From NCBI GenBank assembly GCA_965198225.1, contig CBDAOY010000004.1:32001-96000 (forward strand): a DNA stretch of 64,000 nt, written 5' to 3'. Shown here in pieces: positions 38,569 to 49,780 of the stretch. Position numbers and translations under genes: made by a program. The stretch comes from Terriglobia bacterium. GTDB taxonomy: Bacteria > Acidobacteriota > Terriglobia > 20CM-2-55-15. The notes under the pieces were generated by a model. That model searched no databases. It was not told the origin of the DNA and saw only the letters and a program-made list of their open reading frames with translations. The first letter of the stretch is position 1. The number at the start of each line of letters is the position of its first letter.

Positions 38569-41187
38569 TCAGTCTTGATCCTGAAATTCTGCAGACCAGT
38601 TCTGCACGACAACGATGTTGGATTCCCCCTCTCCGGCTTGTGGGACTTTCTGCACGAAGACGGAGCGCTGGCCGTCGAGATCAACGTCATAGGTCGGGAA
38701 CTTCAGACTCCAGTTGAGTTTCGGTGTCACGCTGGCCGCCTCGGTCGAAAACAATGGCATCGGATCAGCGAAATCCAGGACGGGCTCCGTCTGGATAGGG
38801 ACCGACATCAGAGTGTTGCCTTCGAGGTAAAAGAGTTCATCACCTCTCCAGACCGGGTGGACACCGGCGTTCGGTGACACGATCCGACGATTAGCACCTG
38901 AAGGAAACTCCGCGATATACACTGCCGTGGTGCCCGGTTCGTTTGATTGGTAGGCGAGGTACCGCCCGTCCGGCGAAAAGGTTGGCAGCATCTCGTCGAA
39001 AGGGGAATTCAGAAACCGTACGGGCTCACTGTCGCCAGAGACATCCGTGTACCAGACGTCATGGTTACCGACGTCAGGGTCCAGCGCGTGGTACGCGATC
39101 AGGCTTCCGTCGCTCGACCAGTCGGGTGCTCTAAAATCGGCGGGACCTACAACCAGTGCCCGGGCCGACGTCAGGCCGCTCAAGCTCCGAATGAAAATGT
39201 CCGATGTTCCATTCCGGTTCGATGCGAACGCGAGCTCGTCTCCGGAAGGGGACCATTCCGGTTCGTATTCCGCCGAGGGCGTGGTTGTGAATCGTTCATT
39301 TCCCGATCGGATCGTCGAATGGACGTAGATATCGTTGATTCTTGAGTTTTGACCCTGCAGAGCGATACGCCCCCCGTCGGGCGATACGGCAGGTTGCCAC
39401 ATGGCTCGATGAGGTTGCCCGATCGCGTCCAGGACATCCCCGCTGCGATCGAGCCAGACTAACTGTTCGCTCGGGGCATATGTGCGGTAGACCAGCGTTC
39501 CGTTTGAAGACACGCTGGGCATATACCCACTCTCAGCCACCAGAAACCGCTCACCCGTAATCTCAAAAGTCGCGGCATCAAACGGTACCGCCCAGATGTT
39601 CCCCTCCCACCAGTCGTTCTGGTAGAGGATATGACCTGATGGCGAATATCGTGCGACAGCAATATCCGTCGTCTCGAATAGCTCAATTCGACCTTTTGTC
39701 GTCTGCACAACCACCTGAGCGGTGCCATCAGCCCGACGCACCGAATGCAAGAGGGAATTCCCATCCGGCAGGAATTGGGGATTGCCGACGAAGAGTTCTT
39801 CGGGCTCCTTGCCGATGAGTAAGGTCGCATCTCCACCTGGAAAAGACACCATACTCAATCCGTTCTTCTCTTCTCCGAACACGATCCTTCCGTCAGGGGC
39901 CCACGTGGCCCCAGCGATGCTCCCCCGGGCATCGACGAGTTCACTAGCCGGTCCTCCATCAGCCGATACATACATCAGCTTTTCGGCTTCAAAGTATCCG
40001 ACGTATTCACTATCCGGTGACCAGAACGGAAACGATGCCACGCGGGTTGCCGTGATTTCGACGGGGTCGAGCGAATCCAGACTCTGGATGAACAGACGCC
40101 CGTTTCGGACATAGGCCACTTTTCGGCCGTCAGGGGAAATGGGCGGGGATTGCCAGTGCCCGATCGGGGCAGATAAAGGAAGCATGGACTTGATCACCGT
40201 GTCAGTCGTCGGACTCGAATCGCGCGAAGCAACGACCGCGAAACCAGACACGACCGCCAGACTCACCGCGAGCGTGATCGCCGCTGGCCTCCAGAAGCCT
40301 ACCGTCGTCGAGACCGGTTCAGGACTACCCCGGCCCGACTGAATCTGCTCGAGGTCGAAACGCGCGTCGGCGATATCCCGAAGCCGCTCGGCCTTATCCT
40401 TCGCCAGGCACCTGCGCAGCAGATGTTTCAGAAGGAACGGTGTAGCTGGCCCCAGTCGATCCCAATCCGGTTCGGTTTGGATGACCGCAGCCAGGACATG
40501 GGTCGCTGTCCGTCCATCGAACAGGGGCTGCCCGGTCAGCATTTCATAGAGACAGCAACCAAACGCCCAAATGTCGGTCCTCTTGTCGACCTCTTCGCCT
40601 GAGGCCTGTTCGGGTGACATGTAGGCCGCTGTTCCCAGAATCACTCCCTGTTGCGTCGCGGCCATGCTCAGCGTTGGGGACTGCGACAAGTTTACATTTG
40701 TCCCATCCCCGCCAAACGCCTTCGCCAGCCCGAAGTCCAGTACCTTCACCTTGCCGTCGGGCGTGACCTTGATATTCAAGGGCTTGAGATCCCGGTGAAT
40801 GACGCCCTTCTCATGTGCGGCTTCGAGAGCCTCGGCTATTTGCAGGGCCAGTCTGAGGGATTCCCCGACCGGCATGGCACCTTTCCTAAGCCGATCCGCC
40901 AGTGTGTCGCCTTCGACGAGTTCAAGTACGAGAAAACGTGTCCCGTTGTCCTCCTCCAGGCCGTGGATCGTAGCGATGTTCGGGTGGTTCAACGAGGCGA
41001 GAAGTTTGGCTTCACGTTCGAACCGGGCGAGACGCTCTTCGTCCTTGGCGAACTCTTCGGGAAGTGTCTTGATGGCGACTTCACGACCCAACTTCGAGTC
41101 ACGCGCCCGCCACACTTCCCCCATGCCACCTTTCCCGAGGGCAGAAACGACTTCGTAGTGTGCAAGTGTTGAACCGGGTTCGATCAC
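38569..41187 (-). CDS. Intact receptor-like Ser/Thr kinase with TolB-like (PD40) beta-propeller
   Basis: All Hanks motifs (HRDLKPLN, DFG); TM near aa 300; SPDG repeats; VVQNW C-terminal motif. Confidence 0.93.
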   Translation of the reverse strand: MIEPGSTLAHYEVVSALGKGGMGEVWRARDSKLGREVAIKTLPEEFAKDEERLARFEREAKLLASLNHPNIATIHGLEEDNGTRFLVLELVEGDTLADRLRKGAMPVGESLRLALQIAEALEAAHEKGVIHRDLKPLNIKVTPDGKVKVLDFGLAKAFGGDGTNVNLSQSPTLSMAATQQGVILGTAAYMSPEQASGEEVDKRTDIWAFGCCLYEMLTGQPLFDGRTATHVLAAVIQTEPDWDRLGPATPFLLKHLLRRCLAKDKAERLRDIADARFDLEQIQSGRGSPEPVSTTVGFWRPAAITLAVSLAVVSGFAVVASRDSSPTTDTVIKSMLPLSAPIGHWQSPPISPDGRKVAYVRNGRLFIQSLDSLDPVEITATRVASFPFWSPDSEYVGYFEAEKLMYVSADGGPASELVDARGSIAGATWAPDGRIVFGEEKNGLSMVSFPGGDATLLIGKEPEELFVGNPQFLPDGNSLLHSVRRADGTAQVVVQTTKGRIELFETTDIAVARYSPSGHILYQNDWWEGNIWAVPFDAATFEITGERFLVAESGYMPSVSSNGTLVYRTYAPSEQLVWLDRSGDVLDAIGQPHRAMWQPAVSPDGGRIALQGQNSRINDIYVHSTIRSGNERFTTTPSAEYEPEWSPSGDELAFASNRNGTSDIFIRSLSGLTSARALVVGPADFRAPDWSSDGSLIAYHALDPDVGNHDVWYTDVSGDSEPVRFLNSPFDEMLPTFSPDGRYLAYQSNEPGTTAVYIAEFPSGANRRIVSPNAGVHPVWRGDELFYLEGNTLMSVPIQTEPVLDFADPMPLFSTEAASVTPKLNWSLKFPTYDVDLDGQRSVFVQKVPQAGEGESNIVVVQNWSAEFQDQD

Positions 41188-41252
41188 CGGTAAATAAGAC
41201 TACAGGAAGGAGTTGGGGTCAATCAGAAGATCAGGTCCTGGTAAACCGCCTA
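41188..41252 (-). promoter_or_regulatory. Conserved kinase-upstream element, copy D (proximal part)
   Basis: AATAAGACTACAGGAAGGAGTTGGGGTCAATCAGAAG identical to copy A. Confidence 0.75.
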
Positions 41253-41399
41253 CTCGGAAACTGGACCCCCCCCTGAAACGGGGCTCTCTGAAAGCAATTC
41301 ACATCTCCGAATAGGCGTGCCAGCTCAACCGGTCGATGCAACACAAGCGTTAAATCGTTCTGCTGGAGTTTCAAACTCCAGGGTCTGGAGCGGACACCG

Positions 41400-41614
41400 C
41401 GAGCGCGGAGCGGGCGACGGAGCGAATCCTCCCGGTCGGTGGGTATCGCGACGGCGTGCGGGTCGACCTCGTCGAAGGGCTGAGCGACGACGTGTCGTTT
41501 CGTTTCTTCGACCGTAATGAAGCCGCCAACTGGTACTATTTGCGGGTGGAGCAGATCGACGGGCATCTGGCGTGGTCGAGCCCCTGGTGGGTCGGCGGCG
41601 AGCGCCCGCGCTGA
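41400..41614 (+). pseudogene. C-terminal fragment of a DUF3604/CehA-McbA-like protein
   Basis: Translates NWYYLRVEQIDGHLAWSSPWWVGG..*; no start. Confidence 0.55.
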
Positions 41615-41680
41615 GTCTGTAGGTTCTTGACCGATGTTGTGTACGATACCGATCGGTCTACTTTTCGGAGGTTCCTGCTT

Positions 41681-43352
41681 ATGAAGGCTGTCTTTGGGCT
41701 GGCGCTGGCGGTCGTCGCGATGACGACGTCACCCGGGGCGTCTCAGGAGCCGAGCGCGGACGCCCTCTTTCCCTTCGAGCTCCAGCAAGTCTCGATTCCA
41801 ATGGCCGACGGTGCTCGGCTGTCCGGCGTTCTGTATGTTCCTGGACCGGGGCGGTTTCCGGTCATCGTCACGATCACCCAGGCCTCGTTCGAAAAATGGC
41901 GCCAGTCTCACTTCCCCCGTAGCTCGTTCTCCCGCTCGGGCGACTATGCGGTGGTCGTCGTCAACACTCGCGGCAGAAGGGCCTCACGAGACAACCCTCC
42001 GAGAGGGGGCGTCAACCCGTTCGGCCAAGACGGGTACGACGTCGTGGAGTGGGTGGCCCGCCAGGATTGGAGCAATGGCAGGGTCGGAATGTGGGGAGGA
42101 TCGAACGAAGGCAAGAACCAGTACGCGACGGCACAGGCCGCTCCCCCCCATCTCGTCTGCATCATGCCGGCGCTGACGACGCCCGACACCAAGGAGGACG
42201 AGCGTCTCCCCCGCAGCTACGAGCAGCTCTATATGGGCGGAGTGTTGCGGCGCGAGCTCATCGATCGCCTGCCCACCTCCAGCCCGGCGGTCAGGCAGGT
42301 CCTGAGCCATCCCCTCTACGACCCATCGTTCTGGGGGCGGGAGGATCCCAACGCCCCGACCGTCGCTGACATCGAGGTCCCGGTCATGGCTGTCGGCGCC
42401 TGGTTCGACAACGACGTCAACCGGGCCGGTATACGAAACTTTCGAGGCACTGCGGAGCGCGGCGAGCGACGAGCTGCGCGAGCACCACAGGCTGCTCATA
42501 GCGCCGTGGATCCACAATTCGATGTACAGCGATGGGCTCCACGGTGAGCTGCTGTTCGAGAACACCGCCGAGCACTATCGGAAGTTGGAGAAGCGGTTCT
42601 TCGATCACTGGCTGCGGCGGATCGACAACGGGGAGTTCGGGGCCCCGGCGATCTCCTACTACCAGATGGGCTCGAACGAGTGGCGCACGACCTCGACCTG
42701 GCCCCCCTCCGGCTCGAGTGAGGTCTCGTTTTACCTCGAGTCCGACAGCTCGCTGTCGGTCGAGCTACCGGCTGCCGGCGCCGACCCGGTCTTCTTCAAG
42801 AGCGATCCCGACAACCCGGTCCCTACGGTGGGTGGGCAGAACAAGACCAACGTCGCCGGCAAGGGACCCCACGACCAGCGCCACAAGGTAGAGAGCCACC
42901 CCGACGTCGTCGTCTTCTCCTCCGCTCCGCTCGAAGAGAACCTCGATATCGCCGGCGATCTCGAGCTGCGCTTTCACCTGTCCTCCGACGCCGAGGACAC
43001 CGACCTCGCCTTCCGCCTGACCGACGTGTATCCCGACGGGCGCTCCATGCTCCTTCGCGACGGCATCCTCCGAGTCAGTTTGCGCAACTCGTTTGGGCGC
43101 TACGAGTTCCTGACCCCCGGCGAGATCTACGCGGGGGTCGTAGACACGATCCCCGTAGCCCACACCTTCCTGCGCGGACACAAAGTGCGACTGATCCTCT
43201 CCGGTAGCAACAACCCTCGATGGGATGTGGGCGGCAACACACGCGACAAGGACGCTCCTCCCAGAGTCGCGCGAAACGCCCTGCACCTCGACCTCGAGCA
43301 CCCCACTGCCCTGGTTCTGCCGGTGCGGACGGTCTCGAGGCTTCCTAGATGA
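41681..43352 (+). pseudogene. CocE/NonD family serine hydrolase split by +1 frameshift at ~42441 (possibly a sequencing error)
   Basis: WSNGRVGMWGGSNEG nucleophile elbow; PepX_C-like C-domain; deleting one T of TTT restores NFEALR..LIAPWIH. Confidence 0.85.
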
Positions 43353-43537
43353 AGAACTCCACGGCCCCGGGAGTGCCAACCGATTCACTCAAGAGAAGCT
43401 GGCGGGGCTTCATCGCGTTAACGGACTGGAGACTTCCTTCGAAAAAATGGACACCCAGAAGTTAGCTGAATGCGCACTCGAACTCCACTGGTGTCTTGTA
43501 ATCCAATGAGGAAGTGAAGGCGCTGTCGATTGAAAAC

Positions 43538-43568
43538 AAAACAGGAGCCGCGTCGGGCTCCTGTTTTT
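43538..43568. terminator. Bidirectional intrinsic terminator
   Basis: AAAACAGGAGCC-gcgtcg-GGCTCCTGTTTTT between convergent genes. Confidence 0.85.
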
Positions 43569-43589
43569 ACTGTGATGGGGGAAGAACGA

Positions 43590-45194
43590 CTACCGCTGGC
43601 CGCCGATGCGGTTCGCGTTGATGCACAGTGAAGCGCGGCAGTTATTGGAGTTTTCCGATCCGAGGTTCTCCAGCAGCTTGATGGTCTCCGGATAGATGAT
43701 GGTCTTCTGGCGGGGACCATTGGCCATGTCGACGACACTCTCGCCTTTACCCTTTTCGACATGTTTGTCCGTCGCACCTTCCGCCAGCACGACGTCCGCG
43801 CGGGCGGTGGAGTCTGCTCCGTAGGCAACGAGATAAAGAATAATGTCGTTGTTGCCGACGACGGCCGTGCCATGCAGCGGTGTGAAGCCCTGGGCGTCGC
43901 GCGAATTCACATCAGCGCCGAGCTCTTCCACAAGATATCGGATGACTTCAAACCGCGCGTCGGGGACGAATTTGCTGCCGCGGTCTTCGATGCCCCAGCC
44001 GGCGGCGACTTGAAGCGCCGTGACGCCTCTTCTCGATGTGATCGATGGATTGGCTCCGGCGGCAACCAGCATCTTCATGGCGACGAGGTCATTCGCCTGG
44101 GCGGCGCGCCAGAATGGCGTCACCTGGTCGGCGTCGGCGTAATCGCCACCGTCCATCGTTCGGAAGAACAACTTCGCTCCCATTCGCACGTTCGGGTCTG
44201 CTCCACGATCGAGCAGCGCTTTCAGAAGATCAAGGTGCTCGGTCTTTTGGCCCGCCGGACTCGGCGGCGGATAGGCGGTTTGCACGGCAAACCGGGCGTC
44301 CAGCACAGCGAACAGCGGGTTCAGCCCGCGTAGGCCGACCAGATTCGGATCCGCACCGTGATCCAGGAGGAATTTTCCGATGTCGAAGTTCGCGTTGATG
44401 ATCGCGATCGTCAGCGCGCTGTCTCCGTCGGATGCCGAAGGCAGATTGACGTTGGCTCCAGCCTCGACAAGGGCGCGCGCCGCATCGAGATGACCCTGGC
44501 GCGCAGCGAAGTGAAGCGCCGTGAAACCGCCCATCTCCGTGGGGTCCGAGCCTAGTCCGCTTCGCAACGCGTTATCACCATCTTTTTTATTTAAAGGGAG
44601 TTTGTTCACCTTCGATGTCGCATCCAGGTCGGCGCCATGCTCGGCCAGCACCCTGATGACGGCAGCCCGATTTTTCGCAGCGGCGAACATCGGCGCGGTC
44701 TGCTCGTTGGCGATATCTTTCGCATTCACGTCCGCGTTGTGATCGAGCAGCGCGTTCACGGCTTCCGGCCGGCCGGAAGCCGCGGCCAGCATCAGAGGCG
44801 TTGTTCCGAGCGAGCTTGCGGTGTTCGGATCCGCACCGGCCTTCAACAGGAGGTCGAGCATCGCCGCGTTGCCGTTCATGGCGGTCATAAACAGCGGCGT
44901 CATTCCATCGATACGGGTTTTCTTTGTCAGGTCGGCACCGGCCTGGAGCAGCATCCGGGCCATCTCCAGATCGTCTCTGTAGACGGCCCAATGCAGCGCC
45001 GTGGTGCCGTCTCCCTGAGCGGCGTTGACTTCGACCTCCTGCTGAAGCAGCAAGCGAACGGTGTCTCTGTCGCCCTTCATCGCCGCCTCCGACACTCGGG
45101 TGTCTTCATTGCCTGCTGCAAACGTCACCTGTCCGCCGGTAGCTGCAAGTAACGTCGCCACCAGAACTGCAAGAACGAATCTCGGGCCCATCAT
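43590..45194 (-). CDS. Exported ankyrin-repeat protein, copy 2
   Basis: Colinear with 8435-9997 (AAQGDGTTALHW, TPFWRAAQANDL, NCRASLC). Confidence 0.9.
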   Translation of the reverse strand: MMGPRFVLAVLVATLLAATGGQVTFAAGNEDTRVSEAAMKGDRDTVRLLLQQEVEVNAAQGDGTTALHWAVYRDDLEMARMLLQAGADLTKKTRIDGMTPLFMTAMNGNAAMLDLLLKAGADPNTASSLGTTPLMLAAASGRPEAVNALLDHNADVNAKDIANEQTAPMFAAAKNRAAVIRVLAEHGADLDATSKVNKLPLNKKDGDNALRSGLGSDPTEMGGFTALHFAARQGHLDAARALVEAGANVNLPSASDGDSALTIAIINANFDIGKFLLDHGADPNLVGLRGLNPLFAVLDARFAVQTAYPPPSPAGQKTEHLDLLKALLDRGADPNVRMGAKLFFRTMDGGDYADADQVTPFWRAAQANDLVAMKMLVAAGANPSITSRRGVTALQVAAGWGIEDRGSKFVPDARFEVIRYLVEELGADVNSRDAQGFTPLHGTAVVGNNDIILYLVAYGADSTARADVVLAEGATDKHVEKGKGESVVDMANGPRQKTIIYPETIKLLENLGSENSNNCRASLCINANRIGGQR

Positions 45195-45213
45195 GACTTG
45201 GCTCCTTTCAAAC

Positions 45214-46584
45214 TCAGAACGCGAGAGGTCCGGTGCTGTCGCCGAATTTCGTGATCTCCACGCCGAGCTTCTGCATCATCGTCAGCAGGATGTTTGCGGC
45301 CGGGGTTCCTTCGCTACAACGAAGATGCAGATTGCCTTTCAACTGGCCGGAAGCATGTCCAGCCAGCAGGAACGGCTCGCGCTTGTGGTTGTGCGTATTC
45401 GAGTTCCCCATCGGACTGCCGTACAACACCATCGTGTGATCCAGCAGATTGCCGTCGCCGTCCGGAGTGTCCTTCAGTTTGTCCAGAAAGTGCCTCAGGA
45501 CGCCGATGTGGTAGGTGTTGATCTTCGCCAGCTCCAGGATGGACTGCACGGTTTCTCCATGATGCGAAGCCGAATGGAACGGAGTGGCGTTGCCGCTCTC
45601 CGGGAATGTGCGATTGCTGGCGTCGCGGCTCATTTTCATGGCCGAGACGCGCGTGACGCCGGCTGAGAACGCGAGCGCCTGCAGGTCGAACATGAGCTTC
45701 ACGTGTTCTTCCCAGGAATCCGGCACGCCAACGGGAGCTGTGGGTATCTCCCTGTCCGGGTTCGACGCGTTGTACGATTCGATCGCCTCGATCCGTCGCT
45801 CGGTCTCGCGGACGTTCTCCAGGTAATCGTCCAACCTGCTCCGGTCCCTGGCATCCAGCTTTACTTTCAGCCCGGCTACAGCGCGGACGATCCCATCGAG
45901 GATGCTGCCCTTGACCCTGCGGCGTGTCGCGCGCTCCTCCTCGGTGCCGCCGACGCCGAATAACTCCTCGAAAACCATACGGGGATCCAGGGTCATCGGC
46001 AGCGGTGTTGTGGGGGAAGACCAGCTGATCGTGTCGGAATACACGCAGCTGTACTTGCGGGCGCAGCTGCCCGTTGCGTCAAAGTTCTCGATCATTAACT
46101 GGATCGAAGGTACGGGCGTGTCCTGGCCGAACGTCTGCGCATATAGCTGATCGATCGATATGCCGCAATAGACGTCGGAGCCTTCGGTCATCTTCGGGTG
46201 AGCGGCGGTCAGGAATACGGCGCTCGATCGGAAGTGGTCGGCGCCGACCTCCTCCGGTATGACGGCATCGGCCGGATCGCTGTCCACCATCGTGACCACT
46301 GTCAAGTAGTCGCGCAGCCCTTCGAGCGGCATCAGAATCGGCGTGAGCTCGAAATCCGATCCCTCTTTGGCCGGCATCCAGAGATGATTCTCGGTCCCGT
46401 AAGGAGTGCTGCCGGCGGAACCGTGAACCATTTCGATGCAGGCAAGCCGGCTGCGCGGAGATGCCGCGGTGTTTTTCAAGGGAGTCTGCGCCGGCGCCAT
46501 CGACTCCAGGAAGGGCAGTGCAACGGCTGCTCCCATACCCCGAAGGACCGTGCGCCGCGACAGATGCTTTTTCGTAATGAACAT
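45214..46584 (-). CDS. DUF1552 family protein, copy 2
   Basis: MFITKKHLSRRTVLRGMG; closely similar to 7003-8373. Confidence 0.9.
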   Translation of the reverse strand: MFITKKHLSRRTVLRGMGAAVALPFLESMAPAQTPLKNTAASPRSRLACIEMVHGSAGSTPYGTENHLWMPAKEGSDFELTPILMPLEGLRDYLTVVTMVDSDPADAVIPEEVGADHFRSSAVFLTAAHPKMTEGSDVYCGISIDQLYAQTFGQDTPVPSIQLMIENFDATGSCARKYSCVYSDTISWSSPTTPLPMTLDPRMVFEELFGVGGTEEERATRRRVKGSILDGIVRAVAGLKVKLDARDRSRLDDYLENVRETERRIEAIESYNASNPDREIPTAPVGVPDSWEEHVKLMFDLQALAFSAGVTRVSAMKMSRDASNRTFPESGNATPFHSASHHGETVQSILELAKINTYHIGVLRHFLDKLKDTPDGDGNLLDHTMVLYGSPMGNSNTHNHKREPFLLAGHASGQLKGNLHLRCSEGTPAANILLTMMQKLGVEITKFGDSTGPLAF

Positions 46585-46616
46585 GATGCTGCCTCCAAAA
46601 TCCTCATACAGGCCAG

Positions 46617-49004
46617 CTATTGAGCGCTGGCGGTATGCACCCTTCTCATCTGAAATGCCGCACTCTCGACGACACCCGAGACGAATGCCGAGAAGCGGTT
46701 CCCGTTTCCTGCCGCTTGTCGCGTGATGGCGCGAACGGCAGGCATATCGCGATAGTCGAGCACCCGGCCTATCCCATAGGCGAGAAGGCTTTCCGCGAAG
46801 CTTCCAAGAAATGCATCGGACCGGTTCAGTACCGCTTCGCGCACACTGTGCGGCCCGTCCAGTTTGCTTCCGTCGTACATCGTGCCTGTCGCGTCGATGG
46901 GCGTACCGTCGTCATCCACACGCCATAGACCGATGCCGTCGAAGTTCTCCAGCGCCAGGCCGATCGGATCCATGATCTGATGACACGCCAGGCAGGCGGC
47001 GTTGTTGCGATGCTGCTCCATACGCTGGCGTACCGACGGATTCGTCTGGTTGAACACCGCCTCTTCTAGTGGAGGAACCACCGGCGGAGGAGGCGGCGGA
47101 GGCGACCCGATCAGAACCTCCAGCACATACTTGCCGCGCACAACCGGCGACGTTCTGTTGGCCAGTGACGTCATCGTCAGGATGCCGGCCTTCCCCAGCA
47201 AACCGAACCGGTTCGGATCCGTCAAGGGCACGCGCTGGAACCGGGTTCCGATCACGGCCGGGATTCCATAGTGCTGGGCGAGAATTTCATCGACGAAGGT
47301 GTAATCCGCCGTCAGCAGATCCAGGACATCGCGGTCCTCGCGCACGATGCTGTCGAAGAATAGTTCGATCTCGTGCCGCATCGACTGCGCCAGATTCCTG
47401 CTGAAGTCACGGAATACTTTGGGTTCTGGAAAGACGTCGTTCAGGCCGCCCAGGCGGAGCCACTGCGTGGCGAAGTTTGTCGCGAGTGCATCCGAGCGAG
47501 AGTCGGCGAGCATCCGCCTCACCTGCTGTTCGAGAACCACCGGATCCCTCAGCTTGCCTTGACTGGCCAGCGCAATCAGTCGCTCGTCGGGCGGACCGCT
47601 CCACAGGAAGTAGCCCAGACGCGTGGCCAACTCGAGATCACTGATGCGATTAGCGCCGCCAGGAGGCACATTCGCCGGCGCCTCCTCGACTCGAAACACG
47701 AATTCCGGATGCGAGAGGATGGCCTGCAGCGCGCGCCGGATGCCGTTATCGAAGTCGCCATCTTTGCGGCCGCTTTCGTAGTAACCCACCGACCACTCGA
47801 GGTCTTCGGCAGATGCGGGTCTGCGAAATGCCTGTCGCGTCAGGTTCGTGATGATTTGTGTGGCGCACGCTGTCTCTTCGCTGCTGTCGGGCGCCCGGCA
47901 GACAAAAATCTTCCGGCGGCTGGCCGTTTCGGAAACTCCGGTAACGTTGAACGGGCCCGCGATCGCGAGACTTTCCAGGTGCGGCAAATGGCTCAAGCCT
48001 GGCTGATTTCCGCCAATGGGATCGGCCAGGGTTTGCTCCGCGGGTTTGAAAAGGTCTTGCAGCGGGCCGTCGTGCTTCGCAAGGAACGCGGCGGCAACCC
48101 TTCGCTGGCCGGCCTTGATTGCGATGGGAGGCGTGAGCAGCGCATCGGCGGGCGATTTCTCGGTTGGCGTTTCATTGAGTTCGGGAAAGAGCGTAAACAG
48201 TGCGACGCGCTCGCCGTCGACGGAAATTTCGATCTGCTGGTCCTTCAATTCCTCCGCCAGCATGGTGCCGAACAGTTGGCCCGTGTATCGGAAATGAGGC
48301 AGCACTCTGAATGTGTATTCGGCGTCGGCCGGGAAGTTGTGCGTCACGCCAATGCCGCCGCGAGTGCCGAACGGCGTGCCCTCAACGTGCCGCGTCTGGT
48401 TCACGACCTTCGGCACCCGGTAATACGAGACCGAAGCGGAAACCTGAGGATCGCCGACAGCCAGGCTGCTGATCTTGCCGGCGGCGCGGAGATAAGCCTC
48501 CATGAGCGCCGGAGTAACGGTCAGCGCGTCGGACATGTTGTCGAAGCCGCCGCTTCTCGGGTCGGGCGGCAACAGCAGCGAAACGTCCACATCGATGCCG
48601 AGAAGCTCTCGCACGGAGTTGCGGTATTCAAGGCGGTTGACGCGGTGCAGCTCAGGCGACTCGATGTGCGGTCGGTTGGCCGCGGCCTGATCGATTCGGC
48701 CTTCAATCGCGGACGCGAACGCTTTAAGCGTTGCGAGCTCGGGACGCGGAGCGCCCGCAGGAGGCATCATGCCGGAGCGTACTTTGCGGATGACACGCTC
48801 GGCCATCTCGGCGTTTTGCTCGATATGGGCGGGGTCGAGCTCTGCCCAGGAAAAACCGCCGGACAGAGTGTCCTCGTTGTGGCATCCGGCACAGTATCGA
48901 TCGATAAGAGCGCGCTGGGATTCCGTCGTCATGCGGTCGCTCTGGCCCAGTGACATCGCGGTCACAAACACCAGACCGGCACCCACCAGCAATATCCTTC
49001 TCAT
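46617..49004 (-). CDS. DUF1592 diheme cytochrome c-like protein, copy 2
   Basis: CAGCH, CLACH; RBS AAGGAG before MRRILL. Confidence 0.88.
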   Translation of the reverse strand: MRRILLVGAGLVFVTAMSLGQSDRMTTESQRALIDRYCAGCHNEDTLSGGFSWAELDPAHIEQNAEMAERVIRKVRSGMMPPAGAPRPELATLKAFASAIEGRIDQAAANRPHIESPELHRVNRLEYRNSVRELLGIDVDVSLLLPPDPRSGGFDNMSDALTVTPALMEAYLRAAGKISSLAVGDPQVSASVSYYRVPKVVNQTRHVEGTPFGTRGGIGVTHNFPADAEYTFRVLPHFRYTGQLFGTMLAEELKDQQIEISVDGERVALFTLFPELNETPTEKSPADALLTPPIAIKAGQRRVAAAFLAKHDGPLQDLFKPAEQTLADPIGGNQPGLSHLPHLESLAIAGPFNVTGVSETASRRKIFVCRAPDSSEETACATQIITNLTRQAFRRPASAEDLEWSVGYYESGRKDGDFDNGIRRALQAILSHPEFVFRVEEAPANVPPGGANRISDLELATRLGYFLWSGPPDERLIALASQGKLRDPVVLEQQVRRMLADSRSDALATNFATQWLRLGGLNDVFPEPKVFRDFSRNLAQSMRHEIELFFDSIVREDRDVLDLLTADYTFVDEILAQHYGIPAVIGTRFQRVPLTDPNRFGLLGKAGILTMTSLANRTSPVVRGKYVLEVLIGSPPPPPPPVVPPLEEAVFNQTNPSVRQRMEQHRNNAACLACHQIMDPIGLALENFDGIGLWRVDDDGTPIDATGTMYDGSKLDGPHSVREAVLNRSDAFLGSFAESLLAYGIGRVLDYRDMPAVRAITRQAAGNGNRFSAFVSGVVESAAFQMRRVHTASAQ

Positions 49005-49426
49005 CGTACTCTCCTTCAGTCCGGTGAGCGATTTGGCTTCTAAAAGGCCCTTTGGAACTAATCGCTTACATTCTATAAGCACTCACCGTATGAGCACTCA
49101 CGCGCAGACGTCAAGTGTTTTTGCATAGGAAGAATAAGGGGCCCTTTGCTAGTGAGGCTCGAGGATCGCGGGAGTAAGTTGATGGCAACCGCGACCCGAC
49201 TGGTCTGAAAACCGCGCGTGGCCGAAACTTCAGAGTCCAAAGTGGGCGTCACGCGCTGTCCGGCATGCAGGCCGGTGGCGATGCGGCCCGCCACCGAAGC
49301 GCTGTAGAGAGACGCCAGCACGCCGGCTCCGAGCGCCTGCGGCTTAGTTCTAACCGCCTTGTCGGAGAACTGAATGCACCTGTATTCGTGGGGTTGTCGT
49401 GGGAATCCACTGTTCCGAGAAGACGA

Positions 49427-49780
49427 CTCCCGAGGAACGGAGTCATGAGTTCCGACGGGAGTGAACGATGCTGTTGTTCGTGTCGTCACGACAGTTTCGT
49501 CGTAGGGTCTCGTAGTGAAAGAGATACGCGCGATCTTGTGCGCAGTCGCGGTGACGGCTTGAAGGTCGACCCAGACGGCGGTTGTCGTCGGATTGAACTC
49601 TCCGACAGATAGTTGGAAGCGTGTGTTCGCAATGATGTCGATGGAGTGCGTCGAGAGGCGGTTGCGGACACCCCGTCTTGGTGAAGAGGACCTTGCCCCC
49701 GGGTGATCTGGCGCTCCGGGCACAAGCCGAGCCTCGATGCAAAGCTGAAGCGTTTCGGATCCGTTTCGAGATACGTCCCT
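49427..49780 (-). pseudogene. IS110-family transposase 3' remnant with right end
   Basis: QAVTATAHKIARI..TRPYDE; ends GTTCCTCGGGAG like the copy at 50923. Confidence 0.75.

Noticed and set aside
41240-41290. Possible IS21-like terminal repeat (GGAAACTGGACCCCCC)
   Set aside because: No partner IR or transposase; overlaps the kinase-upstream element
36575-42445. Programmed frameshifting in the kinase (36581) and CocE hydrolase (42441)
   Set aside because: Each is a single extra base in a short homopolymer with no slippery heptamer; more likely a sequencing error or recent inactivation
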